Shown: positions 26,220 to 39,854 of the stretch, piece by piece
Numbering within the stretch: position 1 is the stretch's first letter
Layout: each line of letters opens with the position of its first letter
Origin: Amoebidium appalachense
Lineage: Eukaryota; Protista; Ichthyosporea
Reading direction: 5' to 3'
DNA length: 64,000 nucleotides
NCBI GenBank assembly: GCA_963693365.1
Contig: CAVNZM010000013.1
Coordinates: 2,071,817 to 2,135,816 of the forward strand
Notes under the pieces: model-generated
Told to the model about the DNA's origin: nothing
Seen by the model: the letters and a program-made list of their open reading frames with translations, nothing else
Databases searched by the model: none
Translations under genes and position numbers: made by a program

Positions 26220-26340
26220 CACAGACAGACTCAGCACACACACACACAAAACACACACACACACAAAACACACACACAAACAACACGCACGCACACACAC
26301 ACACCTACGCACAGGCAAACTACACGCACACTACACACAC

Positions 26341-26393
<53 letters not shown>

Positions 26394-26917
26394 ACACAAA
26401 ACACAGACAGACTCAGCACACACACACACACACACACATACACACACAAAACACAGACAGACTCAGCACACACACACACAACACACATACACACAAAACA
26501 CAGACAGACACAGCACACACACACACAACACATATACACACACAAAACACAGACAGACTCAGCACACACACACACAACACACACACATACACACACAAAA
26601 CACAGACAGGCTCAGCACACACACACACACACACACATACACACACAAAACACAGACAGACTCAGCACACACACACACACAACACACATACACACACAAA
26701 ACACAGACAGACTCAGCACACACACACACAACACAAATCCACACACAAAACACAGACAGACTCAGCACACACACACACAACACACACACATACACACACA
26801 AAACACAGACAGACTCAGCACACGCACACACAACACACATACACACACAAAACACAGTCAGACACAGCGCGCGCACACACACACACACATACACACAGAA
26901 AACACAGAAAGACTCAG

Positions 26918-26951
<34 letters not shown>

Positions 26952-27136
26952 AAACACAGACAGACTCGGCACACACACACACAACACACACACATACACA
27001 CACAAAACACAGACAGACTCAGCACACACACACACAACACACACACACACACACAAAACACACACACAAACAAACGCACACACGCACACACACACACCTA
27101 CACACAATCAAACTACACGCACACTACACACACGCA

Positions 27137-27180
<44 letters not shown>

Positions 27181-27356
27181 ACACACAAAACACAGACAGA
27201 CTCAACACACACACACACAACACACATACACACACAAAACACAGACAGACACAGCACACACACACACAACACATATACACACACAAAACACAGACAGACT
27301 CAGCACACACACACACAACACACACACATACACACACAAAACACGGACAGACTCAG

Positions 27357-27387
<31 letters not shown>

Positions 27388-27456
27388 ACACAAAACACAG
27401 ACAGACTCAGCACACACACACACAACACACATACACACACAAAACACAGACAGACT

Positions 27457-27500
<44 letters not shown>

Positions 27501-27645
27501 ACACAAAACACAGACAGACTCAGCACACACACACACGCACAACACACACACATACACACACAAAACACAGACAGACTCAGCACACACACACACATACACA
27601 CACACATACACACACACATACACACACAAAACACAGACAAACTCA

Positions 27646-27695
<50 letters not shown>

Positions 27696-27869
27696 ACACA
27701 AAACACAGACAGAGTCAGCACACACACACACATACACACACACATACACACACAAAACACAGACAGACTCAGCACACACACACACACACACACACATACA
27801 CACACACACACACAGACAGACTCAGCACACACACACAACACACATACACACACAAAACACAGACAGACT

Positions 27870-27913
<44 letters not shown>

Positions 27914-27925
27914 CACAGACAGACT

Positions 27926-27963
<38 letters not shown>

Positions 27964-27983
27964 ACACAAAACACAGACAGACT

Positions 27984-28019
<36 letters not shown>

Positions 28020-28266
28020 ACACAAAACACAGACAGACTCAGCACACACACACACAACACACACACATACACACACAAAACACAGACAGACTCAGCACAC
28101 ACACACACAACACACACACATACACACACAAAACACACAGACTAAACACAGACAGACTCAGCACACACACACACATACACACACACATACACACACAAAA
28201 CACAGACAGACTCAGCACACACACACACACGCACACACACACACACACACAAAACACAGACAGACT

Positions 28267-28302
<36 letters not shown>

Positions 28303-29105
28303 ACACAAGACACAGACAGACTCAGCACACACACACACAACACACACACATACACACACACATACACACACAAAACACAGACAGACTCAGCACACACACA
28401 CACACGCACACATACACACAGAAAACACAGACAGACTCAGCACACACACACACAACACACACACACGCACATCACTCACGTACACGCACAGGCCGGGTGT
28501 CAAGTACCCCCCGCTTGCACTGCTCTCAGGCAACGGCCATCCGGTGAAGACCACGGTGGTTGCTGACGGCCCAAAGGCATTCTGTGGATACGACTGGACA
28601 TCGGGTACGTGTGTGTGTGTGTGGGTGTGTGTGTGTGTGCACTTGTGTGTGTGTGTGTGTGTGTGTGTTTGTGTGCGTGCGCGCGCTCGTGTGCAGGTCC
28701 ATGCATGCACGCGCTCGTGTGCCGAAGGGTATGCGCATGTGTATGTCTGCTTTGAAGCATGTGTGTGTGTGTGTGAGTGTGTACATGGGTGCACATGTTA
28801 CGTGTGTTGTGCTGAATGTCTACTCGACTGGTTTGTATCTGCCCTCCCCTAAGCGTACACATCACGACCCCCCTACCCCCCATGCACCCATGCACAGCAC
28901 TCTCGCCCCTTGACCAGCATACCCCTCATTAGGGCCCACCCACATTGGGGACGATGTAGCCGACGTGCCCAGCACCCAGCTGCCCCAGGGCTACCGCTAC
29001 ACACAGGTACTGCTTGCAAAACCACCTCCCCTTCCCCTGAGAGTGTGCCCATGTCCCCCTTCCTCTCTCCCCTCCCCTCCCCCCTCCCCCCCCCCCTCCC
29101 CTCCC

Positions 29106-29145
<40 letters not shown>

Positions 29146-29351
29146 TTCCCCTCCCTCCCCTCCCTTCGTCCCTGCCTTAGGGCCCCCCCTGAGGATGGGC
29201 TTCGATTTATGATGCACACTCTTTTTGTGTAATTTGCGATTTGCATTGTGTTGTCCATTATGCATTTTATACCCCACTCGTTTCCTTACCTTCCCTGCTT
29301 TGCTTATGCAATTCTTATGCGCTCTCCCTCTAACCTCCCCCCCACACACAC

Positions 29352-29387
<36 letters not shown>

Positions 29388-30283
29388 ACTAGCCTCTTCA
29401 GGCATGGGGAACTAATATTGGTTGCCCTCTATCACACCCGACACCCCATGTGGCATGCGTGCATGCTGCCACTTTCTTACTGACATCTAACACTATGCCC
29501 CACCCGCCCCCCTACTGGGTGCCCCCTGAGGAAGGGCTCTGCTTATGTACCGTACTGCGCGCCTTAATGATGTTGCACACTTCATTGTTTGCCTTTGCAT
29601 GTGTGGTTAGTTGTCCTTTGTACCGTGCTCCGCATTCTAACCCCCCCCCCCCCTTTCCACCAACCACCACCACCACCAACTCACACACACACACACACGT
29701 ACACACACACACATACACGTACACACACACACATACATGTACACACACACACACACACGTACACACACACACGTACACACACACATACACGTACACACAC
29801 ACGTACACACACACACACACACGTACACACACACACACACACGTACACACACACACGTACACACACACACGTACACACACACACGTACACGTACACACAC
29901 ACACACACACGTACACACACACACGTACACACACACACACATACACGTACACACACACACACGTACACACACACACGTACACACACACATACACGTACAC
30001 ACACACACGTACACACACGTACACACACGTACACACACACACACACACGTACACACACCACACACACACACACACGTACACACACGTACAGTACTTCACC
30101 AAGTATGTGCACCGCGTGCTTCTGTCCGACACCAGCAAGGCACATGGTGTGCTCTTGGACCTGCACCACCAGGTTACGGCCAGGCTGGGGCCCATAAAGG
30201 AGAAGAGGCAGGCCGTGGGTCTGCCCGTGCACGCGTTGGATGTGGAGGGGGCACCTGTGCACGTGGTGCTGGCTGACACGTGA
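21813..30283 (+). CDS. LCAT/PLA2G15-like lipase/acyltransferase (alpha/beta hydrolase), about 401 aa
   Basis: Ten phase-consistent GT-AG exons: 21813-21992, 22493-22582, 22867-22995, 24021-24092, 24524-24613, 25216-25308, 25705-25877, 28492-28604, 28933-29006, 30092-30283. Motifs: PVVLVPGMKGS, FHYDWRR, CHSMGG nucleophile elbow, AGTPF, GDDVA (candidate catalytic Asp), HRVLL (candidate catalytic His). Confidence 0.88.
23025..23210. repeat. Intronic minisatellite of about 22 bp (caggcaggcacatacactcaaa)n
   Basis: About 7 visible copies. Confidence 0.85.
26185..28470. repeat. Intronic minisatellite of about 2.3 kb: constant core aaaacacagacagactcagca separated by variable-length (CA)n
   Basis: The core recurs several dozen times. 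The array fills intron 7 of the LCAT-like gene. Confidence 0.95.
29516..29640 (+). repeat. Poly-C-flanked dispersed repeat, diverged copy
   Basis: ccctgaggaagggctctgcttatg...gctccgcattctaa-polyC aligns by eye with 10388-10517. Confidence 0.75.
29683..30090. repeat. (CA)n with interspersed cacgtac units, ending at a splice acceptor
   Basis: Directly visible; the tract ends at cag|30092. Confidence 0.9.
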
Positions 30284-30819
30284 TCGTGATATCATTATGG
30301 GCATGGTGGTGCGGATGGGTGTGTGAGCTTGGTGTGTATGTATGAGTGCATGTGGGTGTAAATAGACGTGCGTGCTTTGACGGTTTAACAGTTAACTTGT
30401 AACGAAGGACTGATGAGAACAGCTATATATAGAACACCAGTAGCGAAGTAGTGCTAATATGTAGTGCGGCGATACTGTTCCTGCATTGCTGATGGAATGG
30501 TGGTTGGCACGACAAAAAATAGGAGTGAATGTCCGATTGATTGGGGGGGGGGGGGGGGGGGGGGGAGAGAGAGATTTGCATGCTGGGGGTTGCACCCAAC
30601 TGCTGGTCAGGGGGCAAGCTGCCCGGCTTGTGCAATATGAAAGATTGCGTTATGTGCGCAGGCTGTAAGTAGACTGCTGTTAAATTTTAATGCTCATATC
30701 TGACTGGCCCCAGACCTGCTGGGGCTGCTAATAAAATATATATACACTGGTGATTGGTGAGATGCCTATGAGCCCATACACGGGCCGGTGTACCCTGTTT
30801 CCCATTGCATACACGGGCC

Positions 30820-32989
30820 CTATTGTTTTTTCTCCTTCGCCACTACGGGTCTTGGTGGCCCGTTTATGGCCCGGACCACATACGGGGTGACCCGATTGAG
30901 GGCCAGCAGCCAAGCCACCATGGTCTGGGCCTCATGGCCCTGCAGTAGGGCCAGCCCGACCCGAGGCTGGCCCGACCCGGGCCAGTGCAGCAGCAGCAGA
31001 TTGCACAGGGCCACACAGGCACTGGGCCCCACGTGGTTGGGCAGGGACAGGAGGAGTCGGTGGGGGGATATGTGCCACTGGGGGGTGCCGAGGCTGAATA
31101 GTGCTGTGTGTGGGGGAGGGGGGGGCGGAGGGTTGTTAGAATGTGTCAAGAGAGTCAGAAGTACACGTCCATGACGCACAACACGGGAGACACGGGACAA
31201 AGGCGTGGGTGTGTGTGTGGGGGGGGGGGGAGGGGGGGACGGGAGGGAGAGGGGGGGAGGGGGGGGGGGGGTTTTGAATGCGGAACACGGTACAAAGTAC
31301 GCATACACGATGAGAAGCATGGTGCAGGACACATGCAAAGGCAAACATTCAAGTATGCAACATCAGCCATGTGCACAGTATGCGTCATAAGCAGAGCCCA
31401 TCCTCAGGGAGGACCCAAGTCATCAATTGCGTCTGAGTTTCGACCCCTTAGCCCGCGTATATACGACACTCCAACTCAGACAGCAGCATCAACTGAGCTT
31501 GGGCGGGTCAACCCGTCTTGATCAAAGACGAGCAGGGTTGCTTATGCAAGCAAGGTGAGCAAAACGGTGAAGATGTGTGTGCAAACTAATGCAGTGCAGC
31601 GAAAAATGTGTATGTGCTTACAGATGCACGACACAGAGCAACCATGCCCGGTTGCATGGAAGTAAAGCGGTCTCCACACAGTGGTCTGTCCTGAAAGGGG
31701 GGGGGGGGGGGGGGAGGAGGGAAGGGGGGTCTTGGTGAACAGATGGGATTTTTGTGGGGTAGGGAGGGGGCGAGGGGTAGTGGATGTTCGTGTGTCAGCA
31801 TGCATAGGTATGTGTGGTGGTGTGCTTGTTACAGTGTGTGTGTGTGCACGTGTGTCTGCATGTGCAGATGAGGCGGCGGTGACTATGGGGTCAGAGAGGG
31901 GCCCAGGGGGTTTGAGTTTACAGGCTTGCTGCCCGCACATGTGCACCAAAATGAACCAATTGGATTGCATGGGTAGGGGTATAAGGGGAGATTTTCACAA
32001 ACAGGCAGTGGCAGGCGCATATTGCAGATAGGGAATGGAAAGTCAGCCTTTGAACTGCTACCGAAAAAAGTCTGGGGGTGACTGGGGCAGACGGCATGCA
32101 CACACCAAGGAGAGCTCGACGGATTACAACATTACGTCCCCCCCCCCCCCCCCCCCCCCCCCCCCTTCCTCCTCTCCCCCGCCCCCTTCCCCCCCCCCCA
32201 CACATACACACACACACACACAGCCCCCTTCCCCTGAGAGTGTGCCCATGTTCCCCTTCCTACCTCCCCTCCCTCCCCCCTCCCTCCCTCCCTTCCCTCC
32301 CCCTCCCCCCACCTCCTCCCCCCAACCCAAACACGGGTTGTAAGTACTAGACACTTTTTATGTTTTATGACTGCATGCTCTTTTTTTTTTTTTTTTTTTT
32401 GGGAATTACATTTGGGTGGGGCTCTATACCCATGACTATTGCACCACCGCACGAGGACACCGTGCCGACCAGCAGCACCCACAGCCAGCCAATCAGATGG
32501 CTCGAATGCCCGTCAGCCCCTCCCATCTTCCTGCAGCCACGGGGTTAGCAAGGTTTGCTTCTCCCCCCCCCCCCCCCCCCCTCCCCCCCTCTCTCCCCCC
32601 CCCTCCAAAACACACACACACACACACACACACACATGTCGTCACACACATTGGGTTATAACTTAGTCCACTTGTAGCCTTGACTTGCTTGCTTAGGTGT
32701 GTTTTGTGCCTGTGTGGCTTTGGTGTGTCTAGGTGTGTTGCCTTGGTCTGTTTTTGTGTGGCTTTACTTTGGTGTGCCTGCATACGGGTTTCGCAAAAGG
32801 GGCTGGAATGCAGGAAGCAGGAAAGGGGGGAGCGGGGGGGGGGGGGGGGGGGGGGGAGGGGGGGGGGGGGGGGGGCACAACAGACCTGTAAGCCTCGAGC
32901 ATGTTGAAGTAGACGGGGTCAGCACAGCCAAGATCACTGAACACCTCAAGGGCCATGCTCACAAATATCACTGTGCCCTGCAGCCGCCT

Positions 32990-33033
<44 letters not shown>

Positions 33034-33302
33034 TTGGCATGTGCATGTGTATGTGTATATACTTGGCATGTGCATGTGTATGTGTGTATACTTGGCATGT
33101 GCATGTGCATGTGTATGTGTATGTGTGTATACTTGGCATGTGCATGTGTATGTGTGTATACTTGGCATGTGCATGTGCATGTGCATGTGTATGTGTGTAT
33201 ACTTGGCATATGTAGGAGTTTGGAACAGGCACGTCGGTGTGTGTTTGCCGGTGTGTGCATGCGTACATGTTCACATGAGATTGTGCCAAAGTGCTTGTAT
33301 GT

Positions 33303-33338
<36 letters not shown>

Positions 33339-34272
33339 ATGGTGCATCCGTGGTCCGCTAAGTATGTGCACACACAGGCTCGAGAATTATCCTTAGGCTA
33401 CTTCGACACAATGTATGTTTGTAGCATGTAGACATGCAGATTTCTGCTAGACGAATCTGGCCTATGGCATTACATGGGGGCGAGCCATTCCTCATGTGTT
33501 GCCATTCTACACTGACTGAGCCACCACCTCCCCCACCCCCATCCACCGTCGACCTTACCCCTCAACCACCCTTAAACAGAGAACGACTAAGCACAGTGTC
33601 AGATCCGCAGATCCGCACCCCAGCCACACCTAAGTAACACCCTTGCCACGGCAAAAATATAGGCATGTCCTGAAGACATATGTATGTTGCAAGGGCCTAA
33701 AAAGGCGGTGTGCGTATGTGTGTGTGTGTCATTAGGGGAAGTATAACAGTTATGTGTTTTGTGTACATGTGCATGTGGGTAAGTGCCATACCTGCACGTG
33801 TGTGAGTGCTCAATTAATGCCCATGCAGCCAGATAAACCAATAGGATTGGCCCGGCAGCAGTGAGCCATGCCGGTGCCCTGCCCAGCAGCCAGGCAGCCA
33901 TGGTGGCAGTTGCCCTGGCAACGGCAAAGTAGCCAATCAGAGCCTGTTGCCTGCTGGTCTGCGGCCCACGTGCACGGTACTGCCCTGCTGCAACCGTAGC
34001 ACCATGCCCTATCTGTTGTCATGGTGGTGTGTGTGGGGGGGGGGTGGGAGGGGGGGGGGGGGGGTGGGGAGGGGGAGGGGGGAGGGGGAAAGGGGGTTCG
34101 GACGGGGGAGGTGGGGGTTGGGAGGGATGGGTGGGTTGGTGTGTGCTGGGGGGAGGGTAGGGGGAGGGGGGGGGGGGGGGGGGGGGGAGGTGGAGAGAGG
34201 GTGGGGGGTTAGTAGCCTGGGAGGGGGGGGGGTAGCTGGGGGTGCATGCATATGTGTGAGTGTGTATGTATG

Positions 34273-34303
<31 letters not shown>

Positions 34304-34308
34304 CTCAA

Positions 34309-34346
<38 letters not shown>

Positions 34347-34613
34347 TGGTGGGCACGCGGGAGAACGGCAGTGGGGAGAAGGGGGGGGGGGGGGGGGGGG
34401 GATTTGGTCGGCAGAGGGTAAGAAGCAGTAGACAAAGCCCGAAGGGGAGGGGGGGATGAGGAGGGGCAGGAGATTTTGAATATTAGATGAAGGTGCTCGT
34501 GTGTGTACATGCCTGGGGTGGGTGGTAGGTGTACATTGGGTGGGCGGGAGAGGTGGGGTGGGGGGAGGGGGGGAGGGGGGGGGTTATGTGGCAACTGCCA
34601 AGACGAGCTCCCC

Positions 34614-34644
<31 letters not shown>

Positions 34645-34937
34645 AAGCCCAACACCACCACCACCACCACGCTCCCTAACGCCCACCCACTCGCAGATAG
34701 CCCGTTATCCTAGCCTATTGTACCGTCCGTTCTAAACTCTCCTCAGTCCCTACCATAACCTTCCCCCCCCCCCCCCCCCCCCCCCCCCCCCGCCCGCCTC
34801 CCCCCAACCCCCGCCCCCACCTACCACCACCACAAACACCCTCTCTGCACCCCCTGCCCCTAGAACAGTAGCCCCTACTCCTTGGACCGATTTCACTTCT
34901 TCATTCACCCCCGCCCCCCTCCCCACCATCTCGCCGC

Positions 34938-34970
<33 letters not shown>

Positions 34971-35601
34971 TCGTCCCCCTTTTCTCTCCATCCCACCCCC
35001 CCCCTTCTCCCCTCCCCCGGCCCTGCATGACCAACACACTCAAACGCAAGATGGGTGCGCACATGCGTACACACACATACAGACACACACACGCGCGCGC
35101 ATAAACACAATTACAAATACACGCACGTGTGCGTGTGAGTATGCGAACACACACAACACAAACATTCCCTCCTCCCTCATCACCTCCACCACCACCATTA
35201 CCACTCCCGATCTTTTCCATCAGGCCAACATCCTTATTCCCCCTGCCCTCAGAGCCCCCCCCCCTCCCCCCCCCCCCCCCCCTCCCCCCTCCCCCCGCCC
35301 CCTCCCCTCCCCACCCCCCTCTCTTCTTTATCCACCAACCTCCTTCCCCTCCCCTTCTCTCTTCCCCCCCCCCCCCCCTCTCCTTCCCCTCCTCCCCCCT
35401 TCCCCCTCCACTCACCACAGATGCATACCAGGGCACATGTGTATGCCACATATAAGGCAAGAGGCCCTCTCTGGTCAGCTGCAGGGCTATTGCTGTGCCC
35501 AGCAGGCTGAGGGCTAGCTGCTGCCCAAGGAAGGGGAGGTCTGGTCGTGGCAGCACTGCTGACGCCACAGCGGCTAACTTAGGGGTGGGTGGGCCACCCA
35601 T
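30820..35601 (-). CDS. TRIC/TMEM38-like multi-pass ER membrane protein, about 297 aa
   Basis: Phase-consistent exons 35601-35416, 34012-33792, 32987-32886, 32530-32430 and 31103-30820. Hydrophobic helices with TMAAWLLGRAPAWL...LLVYLAAWALI and VLLVGTVSSCGGAIV. The C-terminus KEKKQ fits a KxKxx ER-retrieval signal. The gene model is solid; the family call is by motif resemblance. Confidence 0.68.
31272..31419 (-). repeat. Poly-C-flanked dispersed repeat (copy B, inverted) in the last intron of the TRIC-like gene
   Basis: Closely similar reverse complement of 10388-10517, with a short internal insertion. Confidence 0.85.
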
Positions 35602-36161
35602 TCTTGAAATTGGGATGTAGCTACTAGTGGGTCTCGGGGCGACAGTGGAAATAGGGCAAGGTGGCGGTTGCGGATGCGCGAGGCTGGCCCGCAGAAAACC
35701 GTAACATATGCGTAGGTATCCCCTCCTGTCTGCTGGTGCAGCTACTAGTGTGGCTGCATATGGCGAACGCTGCTTGAACACAAACCAACTTGGGCCGTTT
35801 GAACTAATGCATGCATGCACGTGAAGGGCACCAGGGGCGTGATCACTGCAAGAAAGCTCGGAGCTCGTGGCTCACTGGCTCAGTGATCACCATGACGCAA
35901 GATGTCTGTGGAGAGGGGCAAATGTGTGTATACGAAGACTTGCCACAGCACTAATCAGCCCCTAGATGAAAATACCGGCACATGTGATGACAGGCAAATG
36001 GAAGCTGAAAGGGCAAGCACCAAGAGCTACGGTGGCCAAGCTCAGGACAATCCCTTTTTCTCCTCAGGCTGGACTGGGCCCAGATGGTCAGTCCGTGTAC
36101 ATGTGGATATTGAACTTGGCACAACTCCTGAAGTGTAAACAAAACAAGAATGGTCCGGAAG

Positions 36162-36580
36162 CAGGGTAGGGATTACGAAAAAAAATCGTCGTAATTACGA
36201 TTAACGAAAGACCCCGATACGAATAAGGTCAGGGTAGATGTCGTAACAGCTTTCGTATCAGGTGTGTAGCATTATAAACGCTTGAATATGTGATTTTCCC
36301 TATTTTTTCAATATTTCTGTTCAAGAACAGCACATTCCCCCCCAAGAACATATCTACATCCCTTCTCATGTGCAATATCGAGCCCCGATAAGTTTCCAGG
36401 GCTTGTAATCTTGCGGTACTCAATTTGTAAAAACACGTATTTTGAGTTTTGCGACTGGAGGGGCGTTTTAGGCGGGGCTTGCAGCTCCCCAAGAACCCAC
36501 CCCGTTACGATTAAGAACTTGTCCGTTACGATTGGCCAAAGGGCGATACGGTTAAGCTGGCGAACCCCAGCCCAACCCTG
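36162..36580. mobile_element. hAT-like MITE, 419 bp
   Basis: Perfect 8-bp TSD TCCGGAAG at 36154-36161 and 36581-36588. TIR CAGGGTAGGG / CAGGGTTGGG (9 of 10 match). Subterminal TTACGA repeats at both ends. Confidence 0.85.
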
Positions 36581-36825
36581 TCCGGAAGGTTCATATACGG
36601 CCAATGTAAAAGTATTGTGATTGGTTGAAACAAAAGCACTGTGTCCGATTGGTCATTCTCACATTCAGCAGTGAATCCCGCCGCACATGAAAACACGTGT
36701 GTGTGCTCTTTTCTCTACAGGGCACATGCCATGCTGCACAATTCATCAGTCACATGCACAACTCTTTACACACGCATACGATTTCTCTTCTCCCCCCCTT
36801 CCCCCCCCCCCTTCCCTCCGGAGGC

Positions 36826-36870
<45 letters not shown>

Positions 36871-37558
36871 TTTCCCCGTGTTTGCTCGAAAACACACGCT
36901 CAACCACATCCCATGTGCACCTCGGCACTCGTGCTTGTTCAAGTAAATCCACACACAACACATGGACAGCGGCTGCCAAACTATTCAAAGAACACATACT
37001 GTGCACGTGACCCATAAATATAGCAACAAGATTTGCGATTCATACGACAGCATCAAAGATCTTGAAACTGTATACACAGTGTTTTCCAGGGAAGACTGAT
37101 CCCAACCACAAGAAATTTATGTTTTGAGCTCGGAGTGTCTGGATCACCAAGCCCAGTGCACTGCGTGCCCCGTTGGGGGGGGGAGGGGGGGGGGGTATTC
37201 TTAAAAAGGGCTATCTTTTATATTTTATTTTTTTTGACCCTATCCCATTGCGGCTGCCATCTCAGCTTGGCCACACGGAGCCCATCCTTTGGATGATTAA
37301 AAAACACTTGCACACATATCCTTCCGCCAAAAGTGTTGTCCGACACATACACGCAACGACACACACGTGCAAACTACGACACCCAAAGTTCAGATCAAAC
37401 AAAGGCTGGCATGGTATGCAACCAGCATTAAAGAGACAAAGATCTTTCGTGATTATGACCTTATGCTACTACTTCGGCTGTCTGCAAGGAAGCAGCACAA
37501 GGCGTGGGCGCCACTGACTTTCTTTGAAAGGACAGAGAGAAGTATGGAGCTGTGTTGC

Positions 37559-39307
<1,749 letters not shown>

Positions 39308-39854
39308 GGTGGCAATTAGTGTGTTTTAGCGGTGTTAAAAGGGGGAAACTGGTTATTAATTAGTCTGTTTTAGCGGTGTTAAGGGGGAAACTGGTTATCA
39401 ATGTGAGCGTGTGCCACCAACACCAGCACTCGACATCGAAAACACTGCCTGTGTGCGATGAAGAATTGCTCATCGCCGCCTGACCAATGAATCTTTTGTG
39501 ATGCAAAACCAGCCAATCAAACAGCGTATGTGGCAGGGTATCGAATCATGGGAATGAAATGCACGCCCGGATTTCTAATCCATTTTTACGGGTAAGCTTA
39601 ATTTTAAAACATAACAATTCATAATTATATTTAGAAATTCATTATTTGTGAATCTTCAAACCCTGTGCCACCCTCTTCCTTAACTTGCACGCGGCCGATG
39701 TGCCCGAGAGAGAACTAACGTTCAAGAGAGGCGCATCATGCGGCATGCATATGCTAGAAAAGAAAGCAGGGACGTGTTTTAAAAGGTTTGGGGTGTAGCT
39801 GCCCTGCATCGAGCACTTGAAGCACTTAGTCCTGTTTCGCCGTTTGCTGTCAGG
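39308..39854. promoter_or_regulatory. Putative bidirectional promoter between the ABM and RBM26/27-like genes
   Basis: 547-bp head-to-head spacer with CCAAT boxes at 39484 and 39513, an AT-rich core, and no microsatellites. Confidence 0.55.

Noticed and set aside
26185-28470. CRISPR-like repeat-spacer pattern
   Set aside because: The spacers are (CA)n variants rather than unique sequence, the array is in a spliceosomal intron, and there are no cas genes.
26059-28852. Very long His/Thr-rich ORFs (678-910 aa)
   Set aside because: They are translations of a nearly T-free CA minisatellite inside an intron, open in all three frames only because stops are lacking.
30770-31030. GGCCC-rich stretch as transposon subterminal repeats
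   Set aside because: It is explained as the last exon of the TRIC-like gene.
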